Part shown: positions 8,969-21,300 of the stretch, in pieces
Layout of the letters: every line of letters starts with the position of its first letter
Position numbering within the stretch: position 1 is the stretch's first letter
Source: an uncultured Planctomycetota bacterium
GTDB lineage: Bacteria; Planctomycetota; Planctomycetia; Isosphaerales; Isosphaeraceae
Direction: 5' to 3'
Assembly (NCBI GenBank): GCA_963823665.1
Contig: CAWGMQ010000004.1
Span: forward strand, 800,001-864,000
DNA: 64,000 nucleotides
Made by a program: the position numbers and the translations under genes
The notes under the pieces: model-generated
Database searches by the model: none
Told to the model about the DNA's origin: nothing
What the model saw: the letters and a program-made list of their open reading frames with translations, nothing else

Positions 8969-10455
8969 TTACGGGCGTTGCAGTTCGTTTCGAAGGCGTC
9001 CGACGATCTCGGGGTGGTCGCTGGCAACGTTCTTGAGCTCGCCGGGATCGGTCGCGAGGTCGTAGAGCTGGGGCTCGGGGGCGTTGCCTAGCTCGGAGTT
9101 GGTCGGGATGTTCTTCTTCGGTCCGTTCGAGGGCGGAATGAACTTCCATTTGCCTTGACGCACGGCGAGGCCGCCCGCGTGTTCGATCAGCGTCTCCCGG
9201 CCGACCGGGTCTTCGCCGAGGAGCGCTGGAAGATGGTTGCGCGCTATCAAGGCTTGTCGGGATGGAGGCGGGAGAGCCGGCGAGGGCGGCGAAGCTCGCG
9301 AGAAAATCGATTTGACTGACAAGTGCCTTCGAGGTTCCGGGCTTGACCTTGCCTGGCCAGCGCACCATGAATGGGACTCGCGTTCCGCCCTCAAATCTGC
9401 TGTACTTGCCGCCGCGAAACGGGCCGGCGGGTTTGTGGCCGCCCAGCTTCTCGACGGCGTCGTCGCGATAACCGTCATCCACGACCGGGCCGTTGTCGCT
9501 GGTGAAGATGACCAGCGTGTTCGCGGCAAGCCCGTTTTCGTCGAGGGTGCTCAGCACCTCGCCGACCGACCAGTCGAACTCGACGATCGCGTCGCCTCGC
9601 GGGCCCATCCCGCTCTTGCCCGCGAAGCGAGGGTGCGGCACGCGCGGGACGTGGATGTCGTGGGTTGCGAAGTAGAGGAAGAATGGTCTGGATTTGTTCC
9701 GGTTGATGAAAGCGACCGCCTCGCGCGTGAAGGTCTCGGCCATGGTTTCATCGTTCCAGAGGGCGGATTTGCCTCCGTGCATGAAGCCGATGCGGCTGAT
9801 ACCGTTCACGATCGCCATGTCGTGGCCGTGGCTGGGATGGAGATGCAACAGATCCGGATCGGTCTTGCCCGACGGGATGCCGGGGAAGGGCTTGTCGTAA
9901 CGGACTTCGATCGCGTCGGCCGGGTCGAGGCCGACGACGCGATGGTCTCTGGATGTAGACGCACGGGACGCGGTCGCCGGTGGCGGCCATGATGAACGAC
10001 TCGTCGAAGCCAACCTCGAGCGGGCCTGGCTTGATCTCGGCATTCCAATCGAGCTTGTCGCCGCCCAGGCCGAGGTGCCACTTGCCGACGACGCCGGTGC
10101 GATAGCCGGCACTTTTCAGCACGCTTGCCAGCGTGGTTGTTCCGGGCTCGATGATCAGCCGGGCGTCACCGGGCAGAACGCCGGTGCCGCGTTTACGCCA
10201 GGGGTATTGACCGGTGAGCAAGGCGTATCGGGATGGCGTGCACGTCGCGGAGCTGGAGTGGGCGTCGGTGAAATTCAGGGCGTGTTTTCGCAAGTTGTCG
10301 ATGTTTGGGGTGAGGCCGGCTTTTGCTCCGTTGCAGCTTATGTCGCCGAAGCCGACGTCGTCGGCGTAGATGAACACGATGTTGGGATTGTCGCGGGCAG
10401 CATTGGCGGGCGTCGCAAACGAGAGGACGAGAAGAGCGACGACGAATCGAATCAT
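8969..10455 (-). CDS. Secreted arylsulfatase (formylglycine-dependent), frameshifts ~9955 and ~9240
   Basis: Signal peptide, 'PNIVFIYADD', 'CTPSRYALLTG', 'GKWHLG', 'FTSDNG', 'EGGTRVP', 'QLYDLATDPGE'. Confidence 0.9.
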
Positions 10456-10619
10456 GAGATGGGGCCCTGCATCGGAACGGGTGGGCGTCTCGGCGGTTCG
10501 AGGTGATTTACCGTGTACGATTCACTCGCGAGGTTCCATGATTGGGCGTCGGACATCGCCGGTGACTTCCCGAGGTTTGGATCGGGAGAAATGCGGGTGT
10601 GGGCGCGCTCGGCGAGAGC

Positions 10620-13600
10620 CTATCGTTTCTTTTTTCGTCGTGCGCGGTCTGGGTGCGTTGTGGGGCGTTTCGATTGGGCGCCGACGGTCACATCCCACCC
10701 CAGAAGCTGCGACAGCTCGGCCAGTGCCTTTGCCAATTGATCGGGCGGGATGCTGGCCTTTGCCGCGCATTGGTGGATACGCTCGGGTGACAGAGGGAGA
10801 TGGGGATCGACATAGAATGGCATCGAGTTCATGTGTCGGTTGAAGAGCAGGCGCCCGAATTCGGAGTGGGTCTGCGCAAGAAAGCTGGCTGCAGCGCCTC
10901 GCGCGCTACCGCCTGCATCCTCGACCGCGCGTCTGGCGAGCAGTTCTCGCGTCGCCTCGTCAGGCCACATCGTGGCCAGTGATTCCAGTGCCTGGCCGCG
11001 CGGCGCCTCGTCTGGGTCTTTTATGGCGCGCTCAGTGACCAGCGATCGTGTTCTTTCGTCAGGCCACTTCCTCGCCAAGAACCGCAGTGCTTCCGCTCTG
11101 ACGTTGTCGCGCGGATGTCGAAGGGCGTATTCGGTGAGCAGCGCTCGCGTCCGTTCGTCCGGCCACCCCTTCGCCAACGACATCAGCGCGACGAAGCTTA
11201 CGATGCGATCCGGATCTTCAACCCCGCTTTTAGTGAGCAGTGCTCGTGTCGTCTCGTCAGGCCAATTCTTCACCAACAATTCTAGCGCGTGCCGCCTGAC
11301 CAAGCTGGAGCCATCGTGGACAGCGCATTCGCACAGCAGCGATCGAGTCGATTCATCGCGCCACAGCCCGGTCAGCCTTTCCAGCGCACGTTTTTTGACG
11401 AAAGTGTTACCGTCCTGGATCGCGCGCTCGGCGAGCAGGGCTCGCGTCGTTTCATCAGGCCACCACGCCGCCAATGACCCAAGCGCGGACTCTCTCGTAT
11501 CCGCTTCCTCATCTTGAACGGCAAGCCCTGTGAGCAGCATGCGCATCGACTCATCCGGCCACTGCTTCGCCAACTTCGACAAAAGACTCCCTCTCATGTT
11601 GTCGTTCGGCTTGAGGATGGCTCGTTCCGTCACGAAGACTCGGGTCGTTTCGTCTGGCCACTTCTCCATCAGTGATTCAAGCGCGATCCTTCTTGGGCTG
11701 CCGTCCCGATCTTGATCTTCGATTGCGCGGCGGGTCAGCAGCGCTCGCGTAGTCTCATCAGGCCACTTCTCCGCCAATGACTGTAGCGCGACATACCGCG
11801 GGCTGCTGTGCTCATCTGCAACGGCGCGACGGGTCAGCAGCTCTCGCGTCGTCTCGTCAGGCCATTTCTCGGCCAAGGACTTCAGCGCGGCAGATCTTGG
11901 ACTGTGGTGCTGATCTTTCACGGCGCGACGGGTTAGCAGCTCTCGCGTCGTCTCGTCAGGCAACTCCCCCGCCAGCGCGAGCAACGCGGCCGCTCTGAGT
12001 TCGCTCGCCTGATCGTCGATGGCGAGTTGAGTCAGCAGCTCGCGCGTCGTCTCATCCGGCCACCTCTGGGCAAGCGCCGCGATCGCGCTTGCAGGAAGGT
12101 AGGGGTTTTCACAGCGGCACAGCGCCCACACCGCTTCGCGATTGCCCGTCACGTATGCGACGAAATCTGACCAGTGCTTGGTCACCAATCCCGTTTTCAA
12201 GGTGGTTCCGACAGACAGCGCGATGCTCAAGAGCTCTTCGCGACCAGGCCAGCGCGAGCCGAGCTCCCGATAAGCGGTCTGTAGGTCGTTCACGAAGCGT
12301 GTGTTGATCGTCTCAATATCGTCTGATCCTCTAAAAAGGGCAATGACCGACCGAATCAATTGCCTTCCCGCCGAGTCGAGGCGGTCGAGCTTCCGACATT
12401 CAGACAAGCACCAGATTGCCAACGGCAACTCCGGCAACGGGGCTACGCCACCCCACTTTCCGAGATCCGGCGCGCCACCAGATGCTCGACGATTTGGCCG
12501 ACGAACAGCTCATCGATCTGACCGCAAACCAGGCGCAACACTTCTCGCCAATCGTCATCGCGGCGCCGGAGGTCGAACAAGCCGATCAAGCCTTTTTCGT
12601 CCAGCGTCCGGGAGATGTTGAACTGATGCACGATCTCGGCGGCGCAGAAGTATTCCAGAAATGTGCGATGCACAAAGCTGTAGGTATCGGCACCGACGAA
12701 GCAGAGGATGAAGTTCCGCGTTCGCAGGTGGTCGACGACCGAGCGCGCGGCGGCGCGCAACTGCGCGAAGTTCAGCTCGGTGCGCAAGTGTTCTTCGATC
12801 AGACCTTCCAACTGGGAACCGCTGATCATGTTTCCTCTCAGGCCGTCAGTGCCGCATTGCATGACGGATGCGACGCGACGGAGCATGTCGCTTTTCTCGC
12901 GCCAACTGACGTCCTTGCTTAAGCCCGGGAAGTCCGCGAGCGCGCGTTCCGTGTCCCATTGATGCAGCAACAGCCGAGACGCCTGGGTATACAGATCAAC
13001 CCGGTCGCGAGGCAGTTCCTGATTGCGGTTCAGGATCGCCATCATCGTCAGGAGTAGCGGATTGCCGGCAAGCATCGCAATCGATTTCGAATCGCGAATC
13101 CCTGCCTTCAGGCGCTCCCGCTTCGGGGTAGACTGCTCGGCGCTTTCAAAGGTTTCCTCGTGCCAGCGATCGATAAATGCGTCGATTTGCGTGGCGTTTA
13201 GATCTTCCAACATGAAGTGCCTGAACTCGGCATTGCGCAGGCGCTGGGGCTGATAACCGACAACGCGCGAAGTGACGATAACTCGCGTGTGCGCATGCTC
13301 GTTGCTGAACCGCTGAATGTCGTTCACAACGTCTTCGCGTGTCTTCACGTCGAAGATTTCGTCGAGGCCATCGAGGAGCAGGAAGACGCGTCCGGGCTGT
13401 TCGAGCATCTGTTCTAAGAGTCCCTGCGGCCATTTGTGCCAGACCGGAGCTTCTTCCAGAAAGCGGAGCAACCCCTTCTGACCCTCGCACTGCCAACGTC
13501 CATAGCTGCCGAGCTCGATTACAAGCGGAACCGGCAAGGCATCACGCGCTGTGGGGTCGGCAATACTGGCCCAACGGAGGGCGAGGTACCGTACGAGCGA

Positions 13601-14598
13601 TGACTTCCCGGAACCAGGGTCGCCGAGGATCACGAGACGGTGGCTCGCACGCGACGGTTTCGGCTGCAAGGCTTCGTCGATGATTTCCAGCACCGCACGC
13701 AACGGCTGGCTGAAGTATTTCAGCCGGAGCTCCTCCGCCTGGAGCTCGCTGGCGGTGAGCCCTTCGGCGGTGAGCTGGCCCGACTCCAGCAGGCGTTTTT
13801 GGTGTTCTTTGGGAATCTCTAGCAAGCGTGGGTTGTATTCGTCACATTGCGCGCTGACTGGGGCACGAAGACACTCCACAATCGCACGCTGTAGAATGCA
13901 CCTGTCGTGTCGAGCATCTCAAAATTGAGCTTGTCGAATTGCTCGAGAACGGCGGTTCGGTAGCGCACGGAATCGAATTGGGCCGGCAACGCGATAGACG
14001 CTCCGTCACGGTCATCGGCCCACGACCGCGACGGATCGGCGAGCCAGAGATTCAAATCGCGGTCGAACACGTCGCGGAATTTGTCGGGACCCGCGTATTC
14101 CGTGTAGAAGACGGGATTGTTGAAGTTTTGCATTCGCTCGCGGAAGGCGAGCAGTTTTTGCCACTGTTCGACGGCTGCTGTCAATTCAGCCAGATCAGAT
14201 GGCATTTCCAACTTTTCTGCTTTGCGGAAGAACCACTTGATCTCCGGGAATCCGGTGTCCTTGCGGCTCTTCATCGCCCAGTTGAATTCTTCTTCCGTGC
14301 CTGATTCCGCGACGCCGGTGCGCGAGCCGAACCGCTGGCCCATGATGCCGACGACGAGGGCCAGCGAGTCCTTGTACTTTTCGAGTGTTTGCTGCGTGAT
14401 GAGTTCCTGAGGCCGGCCGACGCCGGTCGTCGCGTAGTTTTCCCAGTCGATGACGACGAATCTTGCGTTCCAGAGATGGGCGGTGCTGCGATTGTAGTCG
14501 TCGAAGAAGCGGCGCACGTGCTGGCGTTCGGCGCTCACGTCGCCGGGGGATGCGAGGAAGACGTGGTATTCCTTGACGAGTGGGGGAGTGAGCGGCAT
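10620..14598 (-). CDS. NLR-like STAND protein, paralogue 1: DUF4062-like N-terminus, NACHT NTPase, 12 HEAT-like 33-aa repeats (frameshifts ~13850, ~12470)
   Basis: 'VFLASPGDV..ER...GRPQ.LI...GIMGQRFG...SGTEEEF'; Walker A 'GDPGSGKS', Walker B 'LLLDGLDE', 'VTSR', 'NPLLL', 'FVHRTFLEYF'; repeats 'WPDETTRELLT.RA..D'. Confidence 0.85.
10870..12062 (-). repeat. Array of 12 ~99-bp coding repeats (HEAT-like)
   Basis: Recurrent '(W/L)PDE.TR.LL..RA..D....R..AL..LA..' counted in the translation. Confidence 0.85.
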
Positions 14599-14814
14599 CG
14601 GAGATCACCCCTGGAAATCTGCGTTCATGTCGGGTCGTCGGGATGGGGTGATTTTCCGATACGGTGCGAGACCGGGCAAGGTGGGTGCGGTTGGCGGGAC
14701 GGAGGATTCCTGTCGATGGCTTGATTTGATGCGTTTGAACAGGGAGTTCGGAAGTCGCGATGAATCATCGCGAGATCTCCGGACGTGTGCGCGATCCCAG
14801 GCTAATGCTCGCTC

Positions 14815-14874
14815 GGCTCGGCGGGACTTCGCACTCCCAAGGCACATTCAGCTCGGCGCGAGCCTCGCACTCCC
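14815..14874. repeat. Two degenerate copies of a REP-like unit
   Basis: ggctcggcgggacttcgcactccc (14815) and agctcggcgcgagcctcgcactccc (14850). Confidence 0.55.
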
Positions 14875-14894
14875 GGCAGCCGTTCAGGTCCGCA

Positions 14895-17465
14895 TCATTT
14901 CTGCGATCGACTAAGCACCCGATCGGCTTCCGCACGAAGGGACGGCACGTACGGGCCGGGCGATCGACGCGGGGAGGATTTGTCCAGCGCCTGGATGTAC
15001 CAATCAAGGGCCGCCTCTTTCTCCCCGCGGCGCCAGGAGATCATCGCCATCAAGAACTGCGCGGAGGCGTCCAGGTCCGAAGATCGGAGCGTCATCGACT
15101 TCCTCGCGGTCTCTGCGGCGAGCGGCACCTCGCCTGCGCGCAGGTAGGCCAGCGCGAGCGTGCACATGAAAGCGCGATCGTTTGGCTTCCTGACCACAGC
15201 TTTTTTCGCAAGGTCGATCGCCTCGGTTGCGCCAGGCGACGGCGCGTCTGCCCTCAATACGAGTAAACGGGCAAGGTCGCTCTGCGCGTCGGGGTCGTCA
15301 GGAGCAAGCTTGAGGGCACGACGGAGGGCTTCTTGCGCTTCGCCAAACCTTTGCATCTGTTCCAGCTTATGCGCGAGCCCGCGGTATGCGGACGCCCAGT
15401 ATTTCGCTAACGCCGTCGATCCTGACACAGCGGCCGACTGCGTCTTGTAAAAAGCCAGAAGCTGATCCCAATCCGGGACGGACCCCCCAGATCCCGTTGG
15501 GGAATGCTGGCGCCACGTGGCGATCTGGATCCAATGTTCAGTCAAGTGGTCGAGGATTGCAGGATCGTCAGGGAATTCGGCTAGAAGGCTCGCGTCCATT
15601 GACTTGACTCGACTGAACGCTGCCTCCGCTGCGCCTATTCCGCCCGTGATCGTCTGATACATGCTCACATTCAGCTCCACGTCGCTGATTGTGCGCCGGA
15701 TCTCGGTATCACCTGGCGAGCCTGCCAGCAGCTCTTTGTAGAGCTCGAGCGATCGCTGTAAATCCTTTGCGGCGCGAGGATCGCCCATGCCCACCATGCG
15801 AGCGAACCCCAGACGCCTGAACGCGAGCGCTTGCATCGGCTTGGCGATGTGGGGCTCTTGCAGCAGCTTTTCGTAGAATTCGATGGCCTGCCGGAAAAAC
15901 TCGGCACGAATCTTATTTGCCTCCGGGGACTGGGCGGCTTCGGCGTAGCGGGACATTCCCTTCATGGTCAATTCATCAGAGAGACGGAGGATCTGCTCGA
16001 ATCCTCGGTCTGCCTGCTGGAAGGTGAGGCGCAGATTATTGTTCACCTGCGCCGTGGTTCGTTGCTCCCACCAGAGCACCGGAGCGGCAATGGCCAGGGC
16101 GAGGAACGCGACTGCGCCCGTTGCTCCGAGGACGGCGCGGTGGCGGCGAGCCCATTTGGCCGCGCGCTCGGCAAACGTGGGACGGCGGGCGAGAACCGGC
16201 TTGTCCTCGAGGAAGCGACCGAGATCATCGGCGAGCTCCTGTGCGGTGGGGTAACGCCGCTCCGGATCTTTGTCCATGGCCTTCAGAACGATCGTCTCGA
16301 GATCGCGGGGGATCGCCGGGTCGAGCCTGGCCGGTGCCACCGGCTCGTCCTGGGCGATCTGCCGCAGCAGCTCCTGGCGGTCATGACCGTCGAATACCGG
16401 CTTGAGCGTCAGCAACTCGTAGAGCGTGGCACCGAGCGAGTAGATATCGGAGCGCGGGTCGTGGACATTCCGGCGGCGCAAGACCAGCTCCGGCGCCATG
16501 TAGCGCAACGTGCCGAGAAGGTCGCCGGTGCGAGTGACGCCCGGCTCGTCCTGGAATCGTGCGAGGCCGAAGTCGGTGACCCAGAGGTTGCCTTTCGAAT
16601 CGATCAAGAGGTTCGAGGGCTTGATGTCGCGGTGGAGGATCCCCATCGCGTGGGCGTGGGCGAGGGCGTCGGCGGCCTGAATGGCCAGTTTCGCGATCGC
16701 CCGAAATGCGCGGCGAGTGCGGACGGAGGTCGTCCCCGCCGGAGTTACCGTTGAGGGTGAAAGCTCGCGCGCGCCGCCGTCAACCCCGTCCACGATAAGC
16801 CCGCTTGCGGCCGGGCTCAGTCTTGCCGGTGACGGCCGCCCGGCGGGTGTGCCCGGCTCGCCCTGCGGAGATGACCCGGCGGCGCGTTGCTGGCGGATCA
16901 GCTCGGCAAGCGTGGGCCCCTCAATGTATTGCATTGCATAGAAGTGACTGCCTCCTTCGCTGCCGACGGCGAAGATCGGCACGATATGCGGGTGGTTGAG
17001 CTGGGCGACCGCCTGGGTCTCAACGCGAAATCGCTGCAATTTGAGCGGGTCGAGGGCCGCAGTCCCGGCCAGGACCTTGAGCGCGACCCGGCGGCCGAGC
17101 GAAGCTTGCTCGGCCTCGTAGACGATGGCCATTCCGCCGCGGGCGATCTCGCGAACGAGCCGATACTCGCCCAGCAGAGTCTCAGGTGGCAGGGAATCCT
17201 GGGACGGCGAGTGCGCGCGATTCGAGTAGCCCGACTCGGCAGCGGAGTGGACGAACTCGACGATGTCGAACCAATCGGCGAGTGAATCGGCGATCTCGGG
17301 GTGCTCCTCGAGCCATTGTTCGCGCGAGGGCCGTCTGCCCGCTTCGAGCTCGGCCAGATAAGCGGCCAGGGCCGATGCCACCCGTGGGTCATCGTGCGAG
17401 GCGAGGACGCCCGTTGAAACAGACGGCGTCGCACCCGCGCTGCTAATGTGATTGTCCACGCTCAT
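14895..17465 (-). CDS. Hanks-type Ser/Thr protein kinase with a TM helix and C-terminal TPR-like region
   Basis: 'IARGGMAIVY', 'VALKVL', 'HRDIKPSNLL', 'DFGLA', 'GTLRYMAPE', 'SDIYSLG'; ATG overlaps the sigma stop (ATGA). Confidence 0.92.
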   Translation of the reverse strand: MSVDNHISSAGATPSVSTGVLASHDDPRVASALAAYLAELEAGRRPSREQWLEEHPEIADSLADWFDIVEFVHSAAESGYSNRAHSPSQDSLPPETLLGEYRLVREIARGGMAIVYEAEQASLGRRVALKVLAGTAALDPLKLQRFRVETQAVAQLNHPHIVPIFAVGSEGGSHFYAMQYIEGPTLAELIRQQRAAGSSPQGEPGTPAGRPSPARLSPAASGLIVDGVDGGARELSPSTVTPAGTTSVRTRRAFRAIAKLAIQAADALAHAHAMGILHRDIKPSNLLIDSKGNLWVTDFGLARFQDEPGVTRTGDLLGTLRYMAPELVLRRRNVHDPRSDIYSLGATLYELLTLKPVFDGHDRQELLRQIAQDEPVAPARLDPAIPRDLETIVLKAMDKDPERRYPTAQELADDLGRFLEDKPVLARRPTFAERAAKWARRHRAVLGATGAVAFLALAIAAPVLWWEQRTTAQVNNNLRLTFQQADRGFEQILRLSDELTMKGMSRYAEAAQSPEANKIRAEFFRQAIEFYEKLLQEPHIAKPMQALAFRRLGFARMVGMGDPRAAKDLQRSLELYKELLAGSPGDTEIRRTISDVELNVSMYQTITGGIGAAEAAFSRVKSMDASLLAEFPDDPAILDHLTEHWIQIATWRQHSPTGSGGSVPDWDQLLAFYKTQSAAVSGSTALAKYWASAYRGLAHKLEQMQRFGEAQEALRRALKLAPDDPDAQSDLARLLVLRADAPSPGATEAIDLAKKAVVRKPNDRAFMCTLALAYLRAGEVPLAAETARKSMTLRSSDLDASAQFLMAMISWRRGEKEAALDWYIQALDKSSPRRSPGPYVPSLRAEADRVLSRSQK

Positions 17466-18089
17466 TGCAGGTCCCCCAGCGTGCCGCGAAGATGGCGCAG
17501 GGCGCGGAACCACATGTTCTTGACACTGTCTTCCGTGCGGTCGAGCTCCATGCGCCACCTCGGCGAAGCTCAAGCCCTCGAGATGCCTCAGAGCAATGAC
17601 ACTGCGATAGGGTGCCGGTAAGTGCTCGATCGCCTCGGCCAGGCGAGCGGCCCGCTCTTGCTTCAGTACCCGCTGGCTCGGCGATGTGTCAGGGGCGACC
17701 GGATCGAATAATCGCCCAGCGCACGAATCATCCAGAGTGACCAGTCGATGTTCCCGGCGCAGGTCGCGCCTCGCGGTGCCGAAGTAATGGCGCAACTGAT
17801 TCATCAGGATTGTCGCGAGGATTTTCCTCAGCCAGCAGAGGAACTCGCGCTCGGTGCTGCCGCGGAACCGGCCGATGTCTCGATATGCCTCGAGCGAGAC
17901 GTCTTGCAGCAGGTCTTCAATATCCAGCTTCACACGCAGGCGGCGGCCAAGGCGGCCCTGGACCTGCTCGACAAGCGGGTCACGGCAACGGTCAAGCAAT
18001 CGAACCAGGGCAGGGCTCGACCCTGCCTTGGCGAGAGTCAACAAAATCTCGGGGTCTGTGTGCATCTCGAACGTCACGCGCGAATTCAT
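17462..18089 (-). CDS. ECF sigma factor, planctomycete kinase-associated type (frameshift ~17553)
   Basis: 'DIEDLLQDV...RFRGSTEREFLCWLR', 'DTSPSQ', 'LPAPYRSVIALRHLEGLSFAEVA'; the shifted frame gives 'ELDRTEDSVKNMWFRALRHLR...*'; GAAGGA RBS. Confidence 0.88.
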
Positions 18090-18350
18090 AAGTCCTTCAG
18101 TCACCGAACGGATGAAAACGCGCCGCGGCGCGCGAAATTCTGACGGATTTCCGGCGCAAGTTTTGACTATATCCAAGACTTGCGGCTTCAACCACGCGCT
18201 CGGGAATTCCGCATTCCCACTCGCGCGGCGCAAACCCTGGGGAACCGTGACCTCTGGCTCGCCCAGGAGAAACATCCTGCTTCGACCATTCGAACCAGCA
18301 TCCGCGGGGCGATTGCCTCGTGTGCGCAACGACACCCGGGAGGAACGAAG

Positions 18351-21300
18351 ATGGCCGCTCGCAAGTCACCTCGTATCAGTCGGTCCCTGCGAACCTCCGG
18401 ATCCTGCGCACCGCAAACGCCGCTGCCTGATGCCGCTGGTGGAAGGACTCGAGAACCGCGTCATTCTCAGCGGCACTCTCTCGGCCATTCCACCTAGCTT
18501 GGCCCTGGTGCCGGCCGCTGACCTTGTGACGACCACGAACACGAGCGATGGACTCATACCGGTCCGGCTCGCCAGTGGTGCGATCGGCTGGCTCGAGGCG
18601 CCGGCGGCTAGGGAACTGCAACTGCCGCCGGGCTCGGGCTCGTCTGGCGGCCCGACTCTGCCCTCGCAGCAAACGATCCATGCCATTCCCGGCGCGATTC
18701 TCGGCAGTCTGCCCGTGAGCTCGCCTTTTGATAACGCGGGAGACCAGGGGTCGGTGGGACCTGCCGGATACACCCCGGAGCAAATCCAGACGGCATACGG
18801 GCTCAGCACCGGCGACGGCTACAACAACGAGATCAGCTTCGGGACAGTCAAGGGAAATGGTGCCGGCGAGACCATCGGCATTTATGAGGAGGGTTACAAC
18901 CCGTCTTTCGTCGACACGAGCGATCCCACTTACAGCTCGAGCGCACTGGCGATTTTCGACAAGACATTCGGCCTGCCCGAACCGCCGAGCCTGACGTTCG
19001 TCGACCACACCGAGACGCCGATGTCAGCGACCAATAACAGCTCGAACAACCCTGACTTCGCTAATTACGGCGCGGGAGATGAGGTCGCACTCGATATTGA
19101 ATGGGTGCACGCGATGGCGCCGGCTGCCAGCATTGTCGTCCTCTGCGCGGTTCCCCAATCGAACAACTACTACGAGGACATCCCGCTGGGAATCGCGACG
19201 CTGGCCGGCCTTCCCGGTATTTCCGTGATCTCGGCGAGCTATGGCTGGTATCTCGACGACTTCGGCGTCGAATCGCTCGAGCAAAGCTGGGACAGCACGA
19301 TCATCGGGCCCGCGCTCGTGGCGAACCCCAACGTGAGTGTCTTCGCTGCAACCGGCGACAACGGGGCGTACTACGGGGTGACTTACCCGTCGGCCTCGCC
19401 GGAAGTCGTCGGGGTCGGCGGCACGAGCCTGGATCTCACGCAAAAGAATGAGTGGAGCAGCGAAACCGGGTGGAGCAGCGGCGGCGGCGGATACAGCGAC
19501 GCGTTTACTCTTCCTTCCTTCCAGCAGAACGACGGCTTCTCGGGCAATGTCTACGATCAGCGAACGACGCCCGATGTCGCAGCGGATGCCGACCCGTATA
19601 CCGGGGTGGCGTTCTACGATCCCTTCGATCTCGGCGCGGCCACGCCGTGGGCACAGATCGGCGGCACAAGCCTGGCGACTCCGCTCTGGGCCGGCATGGC
19701 CGCAATCATCGATCAAGGGCGCGCCGCAGCCGGCGGCAAGTCGATCGGCTCGACGGCGATGCTTTCAGACATTTACGAATTAGACAACCTCGCGCCCGGC
19801 GATTTTCACGATGTGACGCAGGGGAACAATGGCTACCAGGCGGGCCCGGGATACGATCTCGTCACGGGCGTGGGATCGCCCAAGGCCAACCTGCTTATTC
19901 CTGCGCTCGCCGCGCTGGGGCAAGCCAGCACCGCGAGCATCTCCACCCAGCCGCCGCCGAGCGTGGTCACCGGCGCCACGTTCGGCATCATCGCGTCGGC
20001 GACCGACTCTCTTGGGATTATCGATCAAGGCTACAGCGGCAGTGCAACGCTCTCGCTGGCGAGCGGGCCGAGCGGGGCCACCTTCACTCCCCTGACCGTG
20101 CCAGTCACGGATGGTCTGGCGGTTTTCACAAATGTTTCCCTGGGCAGCAAGAAGGGGAGCGGGTACACGTTCCGAGTTTCCATGACCGGCCTTCCCTCGA
20201 CGCTGACCAATCCGACCGCTCTCGTTGCGCCGCAGTCGAACACAGGCTACTTCTATCCGTTCCCGCTGTCGAACAGCTTGGGGACCGCGGTCGCCGCGGC
20301 TGACTCGAATGCGCTTGCGAGCGAGGTCATCACGCTCTCGGTCTCGAGCATTCCCTATGCGGTGACCGGCGGCCAGCTCTTGATCCAGAACACGTCGACG
20401 CAGAAGAGCAAGTCAATCACGATTACCGGACAAGGCGAGTCGAGCTCGGTCATCAGCGCGCTGTCGACAAGCCGCGTGTTCGAGATCGTGGGGAACAGCT
20501 CGCTCTCGGTGCTCATGCACGGCCTGGCGATCAGCGGCGGCCGGGCGAGCGACGGCGGCATCCTGGGGGGCGGCGCGGCGCTGGGCGGGGGGCTATTGAT
20601 TGACGGGGGCAACGTGGCGCTTTCGAGCGTCGCCGTGATGGGCAACGCCGCCAGTGGTGCGGCCGCGGCGGGGGGAGCTGTCGGCCACTCGGCGACGGCG
20701 GCGCATCCGACTGGAGGGCCCGGCGGCAACGGAGGCGCGGGCGGCAATGCGCTCGGGGGCGGCATTTATCTGGGCACGGGGACGCTGACGCTCACGAGCG
20801 ACGTCATCGAGGGTAACGTGGCGCAGGGTGGTGCGGGCGGCGACGGCGGGCGCGGCGGCAATGGATTCTCCGAGTACCAGACGACGTCGGGCAACAGCTT
20901 CATCGGTTCGTTCTACGCGGGCAATGCTGGCAATGGTGGCGCCGGCGGTGCCGGCGGCAACGGTAATGGCGGCGGACTTTACATCGCCGGTGGGAGTCTC
21001 GCTCCCCTGAATAGCAGCGTCGTGCTGGAGGGCAACTCCGCGCAAGGGGGTACGGGAGGCGATGGAGGAGCAGGAGGACGTGCAGGACTATACGGAGATT
21101 TTCGCGCCGGCAACGGCGGTGCCGCGGGACCTGGCGGCGACGGCGCCGGCGGCGGAATCTTCCTGGGCAACGTGAGCGTGCAGGTGTACCGCCCGAGCCA
21201 GATCGAAGGTAACACGGCCGCTGGAGGCGTGGGTGGGCGCGGCGGCAACGGAGGCACGGGGGCGCTGGGAGCGAACGGCGCGTTCGGCGTATCGGGCGGA

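Noticed and set aside
10870..12062. Possible CRISPR array or DGR template/variable repeats
   Set aside because: Repeats are in-frame 99-bp coding units; no adenine-specific pattern was evident and there is no reverse transcriptase in the window
14895..18335. 1146-aa ORF suggesting a sigma factor-kinase fusion
   Set aside because: A 1-nt shift at ~17553 restores the normal sigma region-4 end with a TGA overlapping the kinase ATG; the fusion is a frameshift artefact
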